Positions 1-11,696 of a stretch of DNA of 64,000 bases are shown here, piece by piece (positions within the stretch are counted from its first letter, which is position 1; every line of letters begins with the position of its first letter). The DNA lies in NCBI GenBank assembly GCA_963692865.2, contig OY843592.1, forward strand, positions 2,528,001 through 2,592,000, written 5' to 3'. The stretch comes from a bacterium. Its GTDB lineage: Bacteria > UBA8248. A model generated the notes under the pieces. It was not told the DNA's origin. It worked only from the letters and a program-made list of their open reading frames with translations, and ran no database searches. The position numbers were made by a program, and so were the translations under genes.

Positions 1-2175
<2,175 letters not shown>

Positions 2176-2275
2176 GAGGTGAATTCTCATCAGGAGCATT
2201 GATTTTATCTCCCCGGCTGCACCATAATCCCTATCGTGATGATCGCGCCCGCTCCACCACGCCGCATGAAAGACC

Positions 2276-3031
2276 ATGGCCCGGATACTTCTTTGCAACG
2301 ATGACGGCATCGATTCGGAAGGATTAAAGGCTCTCTACGCGGCTCTCGCCCCGCTGGGGGATTTGATCGTCGTCGCCCCGGACAGGGAGCAGAGCGCGGC
2401 GGGACACTCCCTGAGCCTGCATCGCCCCCTGCGCATCAATGAACGGGAGCATAACTGGTTCGCCGTGGACGGCACCCCAACCGACTGCGTGAATCTCGCC
2501 CTGAACGGCCTGTTCAAGAACGAACACCCCGACATGCTCGTCTCCGGCATCAACCGGGGCGGAAACATGGGCGACGACATCACCTACTCGGGAACCGTGG
2601 CCGCCGCGATGGAGGCCACCCTCCTGGGGCTTCCGGCGGTGGCGGTCTCCCTCGCCCACGAGGACGGGGAGACGCTCGATTTTGAGCTGGCGAAAAAAGT
2701 TGCGCGCGCCGCCGCGCGGGAAGTATTATCCCGTGGACTGGAGCCGGGCGTTCTTCTGAACGTCAACGTCCCGAACGTTTCTCCGCAAAAATGCCGGGGA
2801 GAGAAGGTCACCCGCCAGGGCAAGCGCGTTTACGAAGAAGCCATCGTAGAGAAAATCGACCCGCGCGGACGCGAGTATTACTGGATAGGGGGAGGCAGCC
2901 TCCTGTGGAAGGACGAGCCCGACACGGACTTCGAGGCCGTTTCGAACCACCAGGTTTCCATCACCCCCCTGCGGCTCGACCTCACGGACTACGACGCGAT
3001 GAAAGGGCTGGAATCTTGGCGTTTTCATTAA
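2276..3031 (+). CDS. surE: 5'/3'-nucleotidase SurE
   Basis: ILLCNDDG, VVAPDREQSAAGHS, DGTPTDCV, SGINRGGNMGDDITYSGTVAAA motifs. Confidence 0.97.
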   Translation: MARILLCNDDGIDSEGLKALYAALAPLGDLIVVAPDREQSAAGHSLSLHRPLRINEREHNWFAVDGTPTDCVNLALNGLFKNEHPDMLVSGINRGGNMGDDITYSGTVAAAMEATLLGLPAVAVSLAHEDGETLDFELAKKVARAAAREVLSRGLEPGVLLNVNVPNVSPQKCRGEKVTRQGKRVYEEAIVEKIDPRGREYYWIGGGSLLWKDEPDTDFEAVSNHQVSITPLRLDLTDYDAMKGLESWRFH

Positions 3032-3696
3032 GCGGGAGAAGGGAGGACCGCCGGCGCCGCGCGCGCGAGGAGATGGTGGAGGGGCAAATCATCGCCCGCG
3101 GCATCGCGGACGCCCGCGTCGTCGAGGCCTTGCGCGAGGTGCCGAGGCACCATTTCGCGCCCGAGATATTCAGCGAAACCGCCTACGCCGACAAGGCCCT
3201 GCCCATCGGGCACGGGCAGACGATCTCACAGCCCTACATGGTGGCCGCCACGCTCGAGGCTCTGGAACTCAAGGGCGGGGAGAAGGTGCTTGAGATCGGG
3301 GCGGGTTCGGGTTACCTTACCGCGCTTTTGGGGAGGCTCGCGGGCTCCGTCCGCGCGATCGAGCGGGTGCCCGAACTGGCGGTGAGGGCCAGGGAGCGGC
3401 TTGATTCTTTCGGCCTGACGAATTATATGCTCTGGACGGCGGACGGCACCTACGGGTGGCCGGAGGAGGCGCCCTTCGACGTCATCGTGAGCGCGGCGTC
3501 GGCGCCCCGCGTCCCGGAGCCCTGGAAGCGGCAGATAGCCCCCGGCGGGCGCATCGTCATGCCCCTGGGGGAGGGGGAGAGGCAGACTCTCGTACGATAC
3601 CGCGTCTCCCGGACCGGCGAGATACTTGCCCCCGAGAAGTTGGTGAACTGCGTTTTCGTGAAACTGGTGGGAAAATACGGCTGGGAGAAACCATAA
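3016..3696 (+). CDS. pcm: Protein-L-isoaspartate O-methyltransferase
   Basis: [41 protein letters not shown]; follows surE. Start uncertain (TTG 3016 or ATG 3073). Confidence 0.95.
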   Translation: MAFSLSGRREDRRRRAREEMVEGQIIARGIADARVVEALREVPRHHFAPEIFSETAYADKALPIGHGQTISQPYMVAATLEALELKGGEKVLEIGAGSGYLTALLGRLAGSVRAIERVPELAVRARERLDSFGLTNYMLWTADGTYGWPEEAPFDVIVSAASAPRVPEPWKRQIAPGGRIVMPLGEGERQTLVRYRVSRTGEILAPEKLVNCVFVKLVGKYGWEKP

Positions 3697-3730
3697 AAAC
3701 GGCGATTCCGCCGTCTGAGGGATTGTGCGT

Positions 3731-3807
<77 letters not shown>

Positions 3808-4098
3808 TTTTCTCATCGCGTCCCATCAGTGGACTTGGGCGGTATGCGAATCTGACCCGGAGATTGCCGGGATCCCGATACTTAAAGTAATACTTCATGT
3901 TTATTCGAAACTATCAAATTAAATTTAATCCTGAAATATCCGATGGATGTCTTTACATACTTATTGAAATACATTGGATATATTGCCGCTCAATGCTAGG
4001 TAATATAAGTGTGAATTTCACGCCGACGGATTCACCTCGCCCCGTTTTCTCTGGCTGAAACGCAACTTGTTCCACGACGAAAAAAAGGAGTTCCGTGC

Positions 4099-4716
4099 GG
4101 GGTTGTGGAAAAGTCCGATTTCGAGAAATGGTGAATGCCATGGACAGGAAAAAGGAAAGACTTCCTCACTGGTGGGGAACGCAACGTTCTTGTGTCGGGG
4201 ACGCATACATGCGTCCCTGCTTTTTCGCCACTCGCCACGGGCCGCATGTATGCGGCCCCTGCAGAACCATCACGATCCGCAAGGGATTGTTGAAAAAATC
4301 CCCGATGAAGAAGGATTTGACACGAACGAGGAGCGGGCGATTGTGTGTTGGTAGCGCGACCTGTCCCTGCGGATTCGATTCAAAACGCGGGAGGTGTGTA
4401 GGGGCGTCGAACTTCCCTCTTCGGAAGTTCGACCGTGGCCGCCCGCATGGGAATATGTCTATCCCCATGGTTGCGCTTCGCATGGACAGGCACGGGGGCC
4501 TGTCCATGCAGCCCTTGCAGCTTTGCTCGTCATTCCGGCGCATGCCGGAATCCAGGGACTTTGCTTTTGTATTTGTTTTTTCGCTTTTTCGTTTTTCCTG
4601 GTCGTCCTGCGATTCGGTATCCCCGTCTGCTCTGGGTTCCGGCTTTCGCCGGAATGACGGTGGAACACTCCCGATTGGGGGCAATAACCCCTTAGGAAGA
4701 CTTCTTCAACAGCCCC
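4099..4716. repeat. REP/MITE-like mosaic cluster 2
   Basis: TIR-like GGGGTTGTGGAAAAG (4099), GGGATTGTTGAAAAA (4283) and TTCTTCAACAGCCCC (4702-4716). REP palindromes at 4194-4262 and 4484-4510. GTCATTCCGGC...GCCGGAATGAC pair 4529-4658. Segment ~4480-4716 recurs at ~8170-8430. Confidence 0.85.
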
Positions 4717-4743
4717 ATGAACCCCCGGCTTCCCGCACCCCAT

Positions 4744-4786
4744 AAAAAAAAGAGGCGCCCCGTGAGGGACGCCCCCTTTTCGTTTC
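4744..4786. terminator. Probable bidirectional intrinsic terminator downstream of metY copy 2
   Basis: AAAAAAAGAGGCGCCCC-GTGA-GGGACGCCCCCTTTT; GC stem flanked by A-tract and T-tract. Confidence 0.6.
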
Positions 4787-4800
4787 TCTCTTGCGATGCG

Positions 4801-6111
4801 CTACGCCGCGTCCAGAGCCTGCTCGAGATCGGCGATGATGTCGTCGATGTGCTCGATGCCGACCGAAAGCCGCACGTAGCCCGGCGTCACGCCCGTCTGT
4901 TCCTGCTCCTCGGGGCTGAGCTGGGAGTGCGTGGTGCTCGCCGGGTGGATGGCGAGGCTCCTCGAATCTCCGATGTTCGCCACGTGGTAGAACATCTTGA
5001 GCGCGTTGATGAAGTTCTGCCCCGCCTCGTATCCGCCGGTGAGGTCGATTCCGACCAGGCCGCCGTAGCCGCCCTTGAGATACGCATCCGCGCGGCGGCG
5101 GAACTCCCCGTCCATGAGGCCGGGGAAAATCGTGGTGTTCACCTTGGGGTGGGCGTTCAGGTAATCCGCTACGGCGGCGGCGTTTTGGCAGTGGCGCTCC
5201 ATCCGCAGGGGCAGGGTTTCCAGACCCTGCAGGAACAGGAAGGTGTTGAAGGGGCTCATCGCCTGGCCGGAATCGCGCAGGAGCGTGACGCGCGCCTTGA
5301 TGATGTAGGCGATGGGGCCGAGCGGTTTGACGGCTTGGCTCCACACGGCGCCGTGGTAGCTCGGGTCCGGCTGGTTGAGGTAGGGCTGCCTTTCGGGGTG
5401 CGCCTCCCAGTCGAAGTTGCCGGCGTCGATGATGATGCCGCCGATGGAGTTGCCGTGTCCGCCGATGTATTTCGTGCACGATGAGGCGATGACGGCCGCG
5501 CCGTGCTCGAAGGGCTTGCAGAGACCATGCGCCGCCGTGTTGTCCACGATGAGGGGGATCCCCAGCTCGCGCCCGAGGTCGGAAACCTCCCGGATCGGGA
5601 AGACGTGCAGTTTCGGGTTCGGCAGCGTCTCCGCGTAGTAGGCGCGCGTCTTATCGTCCGTCGCCCGGACGAAATTCTCCGGATCTTCCGGGTCCACGAA
5701 ACGGCACTCGATGCCGATGTCCTCCAACTGGTTGGCGAAGAGGTTCCAGGTGCCGCCGTAGAGGTCCGTCGAACTCACGATGTTGTCGCCCGCGCGGGCC
5801 ACGTTCATCACCGCCATCATCGAGGCCGACTGGCCCGAGGATACGGCGAGGCCGCCGACGCCGCCCTCGAGGGCCGCCAGGCGTTTTTCCAGCACGTCGT
5901 TCGTGGGGTTCATGATCCGCGTGTAGATGTTGCCGAGCTCCTTCAGCGCGAAAAGATTCGCCGCGTGGTCCGTGCTGTCGAACTGGTAGGAGGACGTCTG
6001 GTAAATCGGCACGGCCACGGCGTTCGTGGCGGGGTCCTTGCGGTATCCGGCATGAAGGACGATTGATTCATCATTGCTGAGCTCCAGTATCTCCGCTGTT
6101 TCCACGGTCAT
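4801..6111 (-). CDS. metY: O-acetylhomoserine aminocarboxypropyltransferase (MetY/CysD family), copy 2
   Basis: LHAGYRKDPATNAVAVPIYQTSS, NIYTRIMNPT, SCTKYIGGHG, HVANIGDSRSLAIHPASTTH, VRLSVGIE. Likely start ATG 6111. Confidence 0.95.
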   Translation of the reverse strand: MTVETAEILELSNDESIVLHAGYRKDPATNAVAVPIYQTSSYQFDSTDHAANLFALKELGNIYTRIMNPTNDVLEKRLAALEGGVGGLAVSSGQSASMMAVMNVARAGDNIVSSTDLYGGTWNLFANQLEDIGIECRFVDPEDPENFVRATDDKTRAYYAETLPNPKLHVFPIREVSDLGRELGIPLIVDNTAAHGLCKPFEHGAAVIASSCTKYIGGHGNSIGGIIIDAGNFDWEAHPERQPYLNQPDPSYHGAVWSQAVKPLGPIAYIIKARVTLLRDSGQAMSPFNTFLFLQGLETLPLRMERHCQNAAAVADYLNAHPKVNTTIFPGLMDGEFRRRADAYLKGGYGGLVGIDLTGGYEAGQNFINALKMFYHVANIGDSRSLAIHPASTTHSQLSPEEQEQTGVTPGYVRLSVGIEHIDDIIADLEQALDAA

Positions 6112-6290
6112 TTCCAAAACCCTCTCTCTAAAAGAAAAGATAGCGGCAGGGGATCGAGAGGCCTTGCAGGAAACTCGCAACCCCTGCCGTTTTGAAGACA
6201 CAAAGATGCGAATCTACACAAAATCAATGGATTCGGCAAATACAATTCCAGCAAGGGCGCAACACGTCCATATCGCCCGAGCGGTTGACC

Positions 6291-6306
6291 CGGCACGGCT
6301 CCTGCA
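6291..6306 (+). promoter_or_regulatory. Candidate sigma-54 (-24/-12) promoter for the alpha/beta hydrolase
   Basis: CGGCACGGCTCCTGCA = GG-N10-GC, close to TGGCACG-N4-TTGCA, ~95 bp upstream of ATG 6401. Confidence 0.45.
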
Positions 6307-6400
6307 TGAATATAGCGCGCTGAATCCGGCGTCATATCCGTTCGAAAACGGCGAGGGAAATGCTCGCCCCATCACACACACGAAAGGAGAAGGCAGCGTC

Positions 6401-7588
6401 ATGAGAAGACAGGCGTCACGCGCGAACCAGAACTGGATTTTCGATAATTTCCTGAAACTCTCGGACAACGAAGACGTTCTCCACCCCGGCATCATGGGCA
6501 CGCGCTACGAGAGGGGTTTCCGGCACCAGGACCTGGAGGCCGTCTACTCGCGGGTCTCGGGCCGCCGCTCCATCCCGCTTCTGTGGGGAAAACAGGCCGC
6601 CCTGCAGGAGAAGAAGGCGCGCGCGGCGGAAGAGGCGGGAAACCGCGTGACCGCCGCCATGCACTACAACCGCGCGGGCCTTTGCTACGGGCGCGGCCAG
6701 CACTTGATCCCCGTGGACGGGCATCCGCGGAAGAAGGAATACTACGCGGGCGTCTCTCGCTGTTTCGAGAAGATGCGCGAAATGAGGGGCGGCGACATCC
6801 AGAAACACCAGGTGGAGTTCGACCCCGGCAAGAACGCGTACTTCTATTACTGGCCCCAGGCAGGCGATGAGCCCAGGCCCACCGTACTGCTCATCCCCGG
6901 CATGGACATGATCAAGGAAGACGGCCTGTTGCCCTACAACAACTGGTTTCACGCGCGCGGTATGAACTTCGCCATCATGGACGGACCGGGGCAGGGCGAG
7001 TGCAACATCAACCAGGTGTGGGTGGATCACCACAACTACGCGCGCGCGGGCAGCAGGGTCATCGACTGGCTCGCCGAGCGCGAGGAGGTGGATTCCTCCA
7101 GAATAGGCATCATGGGCATGAGCATGGGCAGCCGCTGGACGGTGGAAATCGCCGCCCAGGACGAGCGCGTCAACACCGTCGTCGGCCAGATGGCGAACGT
7201 GGGGCCTTCGGACATCATCTTCGACCAGGCCCAGCCCAACTTCAAGCGCATCTACATGTACATGACGAACATTCTCGACGAGGATGCGTTCGACGAATTC
7301 GTCGAGGAGCGCGACGCCATCTGGCTGCCCCTGGTGGGGGAGATGAAGTCGAACTACCTCCTCGTGGCGGGCGACATGGACGAGCTCTGCACGCCCGACG
7401 ACATCGACGTCTTCTTCGAGCACCTCACCTGCCCGCGCGAGCTATGGCTCTACGAGGGTGTTTTCCATCCCATGGGCGAGGTCGCGGCGGACATGTACCC
7501 CGCCATCGCGGACTGGATGCTGCACACGCTGGAGGGCGGCCTGCCCGCGGACCACGACAAGCGGGTGATCGTCCCGGAAGGGGGGTAA
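6401..7588 (+). CDS. Alpha/beta hydrolase, FrsA / 2,6-dihydroxypseudooxynicotine hydrolase-like
   Basis: PTVLLIPGMDMIKE, DGPGQGE, nucleophile elbow GMSMGS, GDMDELC acid and VFHP His. AAAGGAG RBS before ATG 6401. Confidence 0.85.
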   Translation: MRRQASRANQNWIFDNFLKLSDNEDVLHPGIMGTRYERGFRHQDLEAVYSRVSGRRSIPLLWGKQAALQEKKARAAEEAGNRVTAAMHYNRAGLCYGRGQHLIPVDGHPRKKEYYAGVSRCFEKMREMRGGDIQKHQVEFDPGKNAYFYYWPQAGDEPRPTVLLIPGMDMIKEDGLLPYNNWFHARGMNFAIMDGPGQGECNINQVWVDHHNYARAGSRVIDWLAEREEVDSSRIGIMGMSMGSRWTVEIAAQDERVNTVVGQMANVGPSDIIFDQAQPNFKRIYMYMTNILDEDAFDEFVEERDAIWLPLVGEMKSNYLLVAGDMDELCTPDDIDVFFEHLTCPRELWLYEGVFHPMGEVAADMYPAIADWMLHTLEGGLPADHDKRVIVPEGG

Positions 7589-7612
7589 GGCGCAGACGCG
7601 GACCCCCGGAGA

Positions 7613-8430
7613 GGGGGTTGTCGGAAAAGCCTCCAGGGGGGAAGGGAATCCCGATCATCGAATTCTTCACCGCCAGGACAGGCCCCTGTGCCTGTCCTGG
7701 CGAAGCACAACCGCGGGGACAGACATCTTCGATACGGGCGACCGCGGGGGCCGCCCCTACGTTACAAACCGCGATGGGTATATATTCTCTTCCCGGTCGG
7801 CTCCACAACGCCGAGCCACGAAACCGGCTGATTTCCCGCGTCCCTCGATACGACGCTTACGCGCCTACTCGGGATGAGGGTGTTTTAGTTTCCTCACCCT
7901 GAGTAGCCGCCGGAGGTCAAACGCGACTGATGAGGGGGTGTTGAAAAACCCCTTGCGAGCCGGCCGGGATCTCACCGTAGGGGCCGCATATCATGCGGCC
8001 CTGCCTTGTCGCCTTCACAATACGGGTCGCATGATATGTCAGACATATATGTCTGACCTGCCAAACTCTGCGAAACGAAACGCAGGGGCGGATCTGTGTG
8101 TCCGCCCGACCCCGGAACAGGGTTTTTCAACAGCCCCGATGAAGGAGCGTTTGTATCGAAGGGCGTCCCCGGACAGGCGCGGGGGCCTGTCCCTGCGGGT
8201 GGATATGGTTTTGATCGTCATTCCGGTGTCAAACCGACCAAGGCGGGAGGGTTCGACGGAATCCGGGGACTTTGTTTTTGAATTTGTCTTTTCGCTTATC
8301 GTTTTTCTTGGTCGTCTTGCGATTCGATATTCTCGTCCGTTCTGGATTCCGGCATTCGCCGGAATGACGGTGAACGCTCTCGATTGGGGAGGGGCGACAC
8401 CCCCTTTGGGAGACTTTTCCGACAACCCCG
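7613..8430. repeat. REP/MITE-like mosaic cluster 3 with nested TIR pairs
   Basis: Outer pair GGGGTTGTCGGAAAAG (7614) / CTTTTCCGACAACCCC (8414-8429). Inner pair GGGGTGTTGAAAAACCC (7935) / GGGTTTTTCAACAGCCCC (8120-8137). REP palindromes at 7676, 7735, 7977, 8082 and 8171. Confidence 0.85.
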
Positions 8431-8498
8431 GGTGAGTTGGAGCGCACGTTGATGCGCTCACGAATTGCGTTCCGGCGAGGCGAGGGCTTCTGCGCGAC

Positions 8499-8526
8499 TT
8501 GACGAGACGCGCCCGCCCGCTACAAT
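8499..8526 (+). promoter_or_regulatory. Candidate sigma-70 promoter
   Basis: TTGACG-N16-TACAAT, 31 bp upstream of ATG 8558. Confidence 0.45.
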
Positions 8527-8557
8527 CAGGAAGAATCAATCGCCCTTGGATTATCGG

Positions 8558-9007
8558 ATGCGAACCATCATCGGCGTCATCGGCGATTCCGATCCGGCTC
8601 CCGAAACGGCCGACCTGGCCGAGGAGGCGGGCGGCGAGATTGCGCGCGCGGGCGCAGTCCTCGTGTGCGGGGGGCTGGGAGGCGTCATGCAGGCCGCGGC
8701 GCGCGGGGCGAAGGAAGCGGGCGGCCTCACGGTGGGCGTCCTGCCCTCGTACGACGCCGGGTCCGCCAACGCGTTCATCGACATCCCTATCGTCACCGGA
8801 ATGGGCCACGCCCGGAACGTCGTCATCGCGGCGACGGCCCACGCGCTCATCGCCATGGCGGGCGCGTACGGCACGCTTTCTGAGATCGCCATCGGCCTCA
8901 AGCTCGGCAAGCGCGTCGTCTCTCTGGGGCGCGACGCAAGCCCCGCGGGAGTCGTCCCGGCGGCGAGCGCCCGCGAGGCCGTGCGGATGGCCCTGGGCGG
9001 CTCATGA
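8558..9007 (+). CDS. TIGR00725-family Rossmann-fold protein (LOG/Smf-like)
   Basis: IIGVIGDS, LVCGGLGGVMQAAARGA, GLTVGVLP, IVTGMGHARNVVI, GAYGTLSEIA. Confidence 0.88.
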   Translation: MRTIIGVIGDSDPAPETADLAEEAGGEIARAGAVLVCGGLGGVMQAAARGAKEAGGLTVGVLPSYDAGSANAFIDIPIVTGMGHARNVVIAATAHALIAMAGAYGTLSEIAIGLKLGKRVVSLGRDASPAGVVPAASAREAVRMALGGS

Positions 9008-9903
9008 GGGACGCAGTGGACAGGAAGTCATCACGCATCTCGCCCGTTCCGGGTCCGCGGGGCCGGCGCGCCATGCGGCGAAGCGCGTTCGTCTTGTTCC
9101 TCTGTTTCCTTACCGGTTGCGCGCTCGTCGCACCACCCCTGCCGACGCCCAAGCGAACTCACCGCGATGCGGGCGGGGTCCACCACACCGTAAAACGCGG
9201 CGAGAACCTCTGGCGCATCGGGCGCGCCTATGGGGTGGGGGTCGAACAAATCGCCGTCCTGAACGGCATCGACAATCCGGATCGTCTGGAAATCGGCCAG
9301 CGGCTCTTCATACCGGGCGCCAGGAGCAAACACCTCGTACGGAAGAACGTCAGCGCCACTCCGCCCGAACGACGCCCCCGCTGGGCGGCTCCGCGCCCCC
9401 GCAAGTCGCCGCCGCGCCGGAAGGCTTCCGTAAGGCCGACCCGGAAATCCAGCCCGAAGCCGAAAAGCGCCGCCCGGAAGCACCGCGTGAACAAGAGGAG
9501 GACGCCGCACCGCAGGGCGTACGGCAAAAGGCCCAAATTCTCCTGGCCCCTGCGGGGACGCCTGATTCGCCGCTTCAAGGGGAGCGGCAGCCGCAAGGCG
9601 GACGGCATCCTCATCGCCGCCCGCGAGCGCGCCCAGGTCCGGGCCGCCGCTCCCGGCCGCGTCATCTATTCCGATTTCGGCCCCGGAAACCTGGGCCGCC
9701 TCATCATCCTGCGCCACCACGGGGGGGAGTACCACTCCGTTTACGCGAACGTCGCCGAGAATCTCGTGCGCAAGGGGCAGCAGGTTTCGCGCGGCGCGCC
9801 CATCGCGCTCACGGGCCGCACGCCGCGCTTCCGGACCGCGCGCCTTCACTTCGAGATCCGCCATCGCACGCGCCCCAGGAACCCGCTCTCCTATTTGCCG
9901 TAG
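9004..9903 (+). CDS. nlpD: NlpD-like lipoprotein (LysM plus degenerate M23/LytM domain)
   Basis: Lipobox LTGC (true start may be ATG 9073), LysM HTVKRGENLWRI, basic linker, FSWPLRG...VRAAAPGRVIY...LHFEIR. Confidence 0.8.
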   Translation: MRDAVDRKSSRISPVPGPRGRRAMRRSAFVLFLCFLTGCALVAPPLPTPKRTHRDAGGVHHTVKRGENLWRIGRAYGVGVEQIAVLNGIDNPDRLEIGQRLFIPGARSKHLVRKNVSATPPERRPRWAAPRPRKSPPRRKASVRPTRKSSPKPKSAARKHRVNKRRTPHRRAYGKRPKFSWPLRGRLIRRFKGSGSRKADGILIAARERAQVRAAAPGRVIYSDFGPGNLGRLIILRHHGGEYHSVYANVAENLVRKGQQVSRGAPIALTGRTPRFRTARLHFEIRHRTRPRNPLSYLP

Positions 9904-9905
9904 AA

Positions 9906-10209
9906 GGGGTTGTTAAAAAAGTCCCGATTTCATGGTTCGGTTTTTGGAATCAACAGATGAGAGAGAAGAACCACTCCCCCCTTGAGGGGGAGTCAACGAG
10001 GCAAGGGCGAAGCCCGCAGGCGAGTTGGTGGGGGGTAGAATTCGGAATGGCGATCAAACACGTTTTACCCCCACCGAATCGGCCTTCGCAAAAATCGCTC
10101 GGCCTCTTCGTCGGGCTTTCCCCTCGGGAAGCCCGACCCTCAAGGGGGAGTGAATTTCAAAAGAGTGCGTGTAACCAAATTCACTCTACAGGGGTTTTTC
10201 AACAGATCC
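9906..10209. repeat. TIR-bounded MITE-like element carrying a ~180-bp palindromic repeat
   Basis: GGGGTTGTTAAAAAA starts 2 bp after the nlpD stop; GTTTTTCAACAGATCC at ~10194-10209. Internal CACTCCCCCCTTGAGGGG...CCCTCAAGGGGGAGTG at 9972-10152. Confidence 0.8.
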
Positions 10210-10365
10210 TGGAATTCATGGGTTATCGTGATGACATGCCGTGATGAGGATGCTATGTAGGGTTCTCTCGTCCGCCGGATTCGAAACCGGGGTAGATGCC
10301 GCACCACACACGGCACGGAACGCCGTGAGGCGGCGAAAACGCTTTCATCCGCGAGGGGTAGATTC

Positions 10366-10893
10366 ATGTCCGACATCAGCCGGCTTCTGGCGCACGTTCG
10401 CGACGTGCCCGACTTCCCGAAAGAGGGCATTCTGTTCAAGGACATCACGCCCATGCTCCAGAACGCCGAGGCCTTTCAGCAGGCGGTGGACATGGCGGCG
10501 GAGCCCTTGATGGGGGAGGGGATCGACGTCGTTCTGGGCGTCGAGGCGCGCGGCTTCATCATCGGAGCGCCCCTGGCCTACAAACTCGGCGCGGGCTTCG
10601 CCCTGGTGCGAAAGGCGGGGAAGCTCCCCTGGGAGAAGACCCGGGCCGCCTATGAACTCGAATACGGCGCGGACGCGCTCGAAATCCACAAGGACGCCGT
10701 CGCGCCCGGCATGAAGGTGCTGATCGCAGACGACGTGCTCGCCACGGGCGGCACCGCCGCCGCCTGCATATCGCTCGTGGAATCGCTCGGCGGGAGCATC
10801 CACGGCTTTTCATTCCTCATCGAGCTCGCGTTCCTGAACGGACGGGAAAAACTCGCTCCACACCACGTTCGCTCTCTGATAACATACGACTGA
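10366..10893 (+). CDS. apt: Adenine phosphoribosyltransferase
   Basis: VPDFPKEGILFKDITP, EARGF, RKAGKLP, YELEYG, PRPP motif VLIADDVLATGGT. Confidence 0.97.
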   Translation: MSDISRLLAHVRDVPDFPKEGILFKDITPMLQNAEAFQQAVDMAAEPLMGEGIDVVLGVEARGFIIGAPLAYKLGAGFALVRKAGKLPWEKTRAAYELEYGADALEIHKDAVAPGMKVLIADDVLATGGTAAACISLVESLGGSIHGFSFLIELAFLNGREKLAPHHVRSLITYD

Positions 10894-10918
10894 CGCGCCT
10901 CGCCGCGCGCGGCTCCTG

Positions 10919-10995
10919 GCCCCCGTAGCTCAGCAGGATAGAGCGCCGGATTCCTAATCCGTAGGCCGCAGGTTCGAATCCTGCCGGGGGTACCA
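10919..10995 (+). tRNA. tRNA-Arg (CCT)
   Basis: GCCCCCGTAGCTCAGCAGGATAGAGCG-CCGGA-TTCCTAA-TCCGT...GGTTCGAATCC...CGGGGGTACCA. Confidence 0.95.
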
Positions 10996-11064
10996 GAAAC
11001 CTAACTCCTCACTGTTGGTATTTCCCAAGAACTAGGCCTCCTGTGATTTGAAAATCAATTCTCC

Positions 11065-11095
11065 TTGACAGCCTAACTGGCCTTTTCTATATCAT
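11065..11095 (+). promoter_or_regulatory. Candidate sigma-70 promoter
   Basis: Perfect TTGACA followed at 17-19 nt by TATATC/TATCAT, upstream of ORF 11158. Confidence 0.4.
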
Positions 11096-11157
11096 CCAAT
11101 CGACCTAGGAATTACATGTAATTCCTTTTTTCATACCTTTACACGAGGAAATTTCTG

Positions 11158-11652
11158 ATGCGTATTTTGCTCACTGTTTGTTGTTTGTTAATTGCCTCCG
11201 GCTGCGCGACCTTTGTTTCCGGCACCTCACAATCCATCTTGGTCGATGTCATTAACGCAAAAGGTGCATCATGCACTGGTATCGACAAGCGAGGCAGACG
11301 ATATCACTGGGTCAATACTCCTAGCGCGACGACGGTTCATAAAGGAGACGGACCAATGGTTTTAACGTGTGAGAAAAAAGGTTTCAAAAAAACAACGCAC
11401 TCATTCGATGAAACTTTAGTCGCCTCTACTTTGGGAAACATCATTCTCGGTGGAGGCATCGGGATTTTGGTCGACGCCGCAAGTGGCGCTGCGCAGGAAT
11501 ATCCGACCAAAGTAAGTGTCATCATGGAGCCTGAGGATTCGGCATCCGATAGCCTCAAAAAGCAGTACCAGGAGTTGAAAAAAGAATTGGCCGAAAAAAT
11601 GAAGAAGGAAAAAGAGGCAGAGAAGAAAGAAATCTCTGAGGCAGGAAAATAA
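11158..11652 (+). CDS. Hypothetical lipoprotein (AT-richer than neighbours)
   Basis: Signal peptide with lipobox ASGC, GNIILGGGIGILVDAASGA glycine-rich segment, charged tail, GAGG RBS. Confidence 0.8.
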   Translation: MRILLTVCCLLIASGCATFVSGTSQSILVDVINAKGASCTGIDKRGRRYHWVNTPSATTVHKGDGPMVLTCEKKGFKKTTHSFDETLVASTLGNIILGGGIGILVDAASGAAQEYPTKVSVIMEPEDSASDSLKKQYQELKKELAEKMKKEKEAEKKEISEAGK

Positions 11653-11696
11653 GAGCCTGATTTTCGAGATTCATGTGAAGAAATTGTTTTAGTTCC

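Noticed and set aside
9540-9900. NlpD as an active M23 endopeptidase
   Set aside because: The HxxxD and HxH zinc ligands are degenerate (ADGIL, RLHF), as is normal for NlpD/EnvC-type amidase activators, so it is not novel.
8499-10244. 581-aa Arg/Pro-rich ORF
   Set aside because: Alternative frame over the TIGR00725 gene, nlpD and a MITE; a GC-rich artefact.
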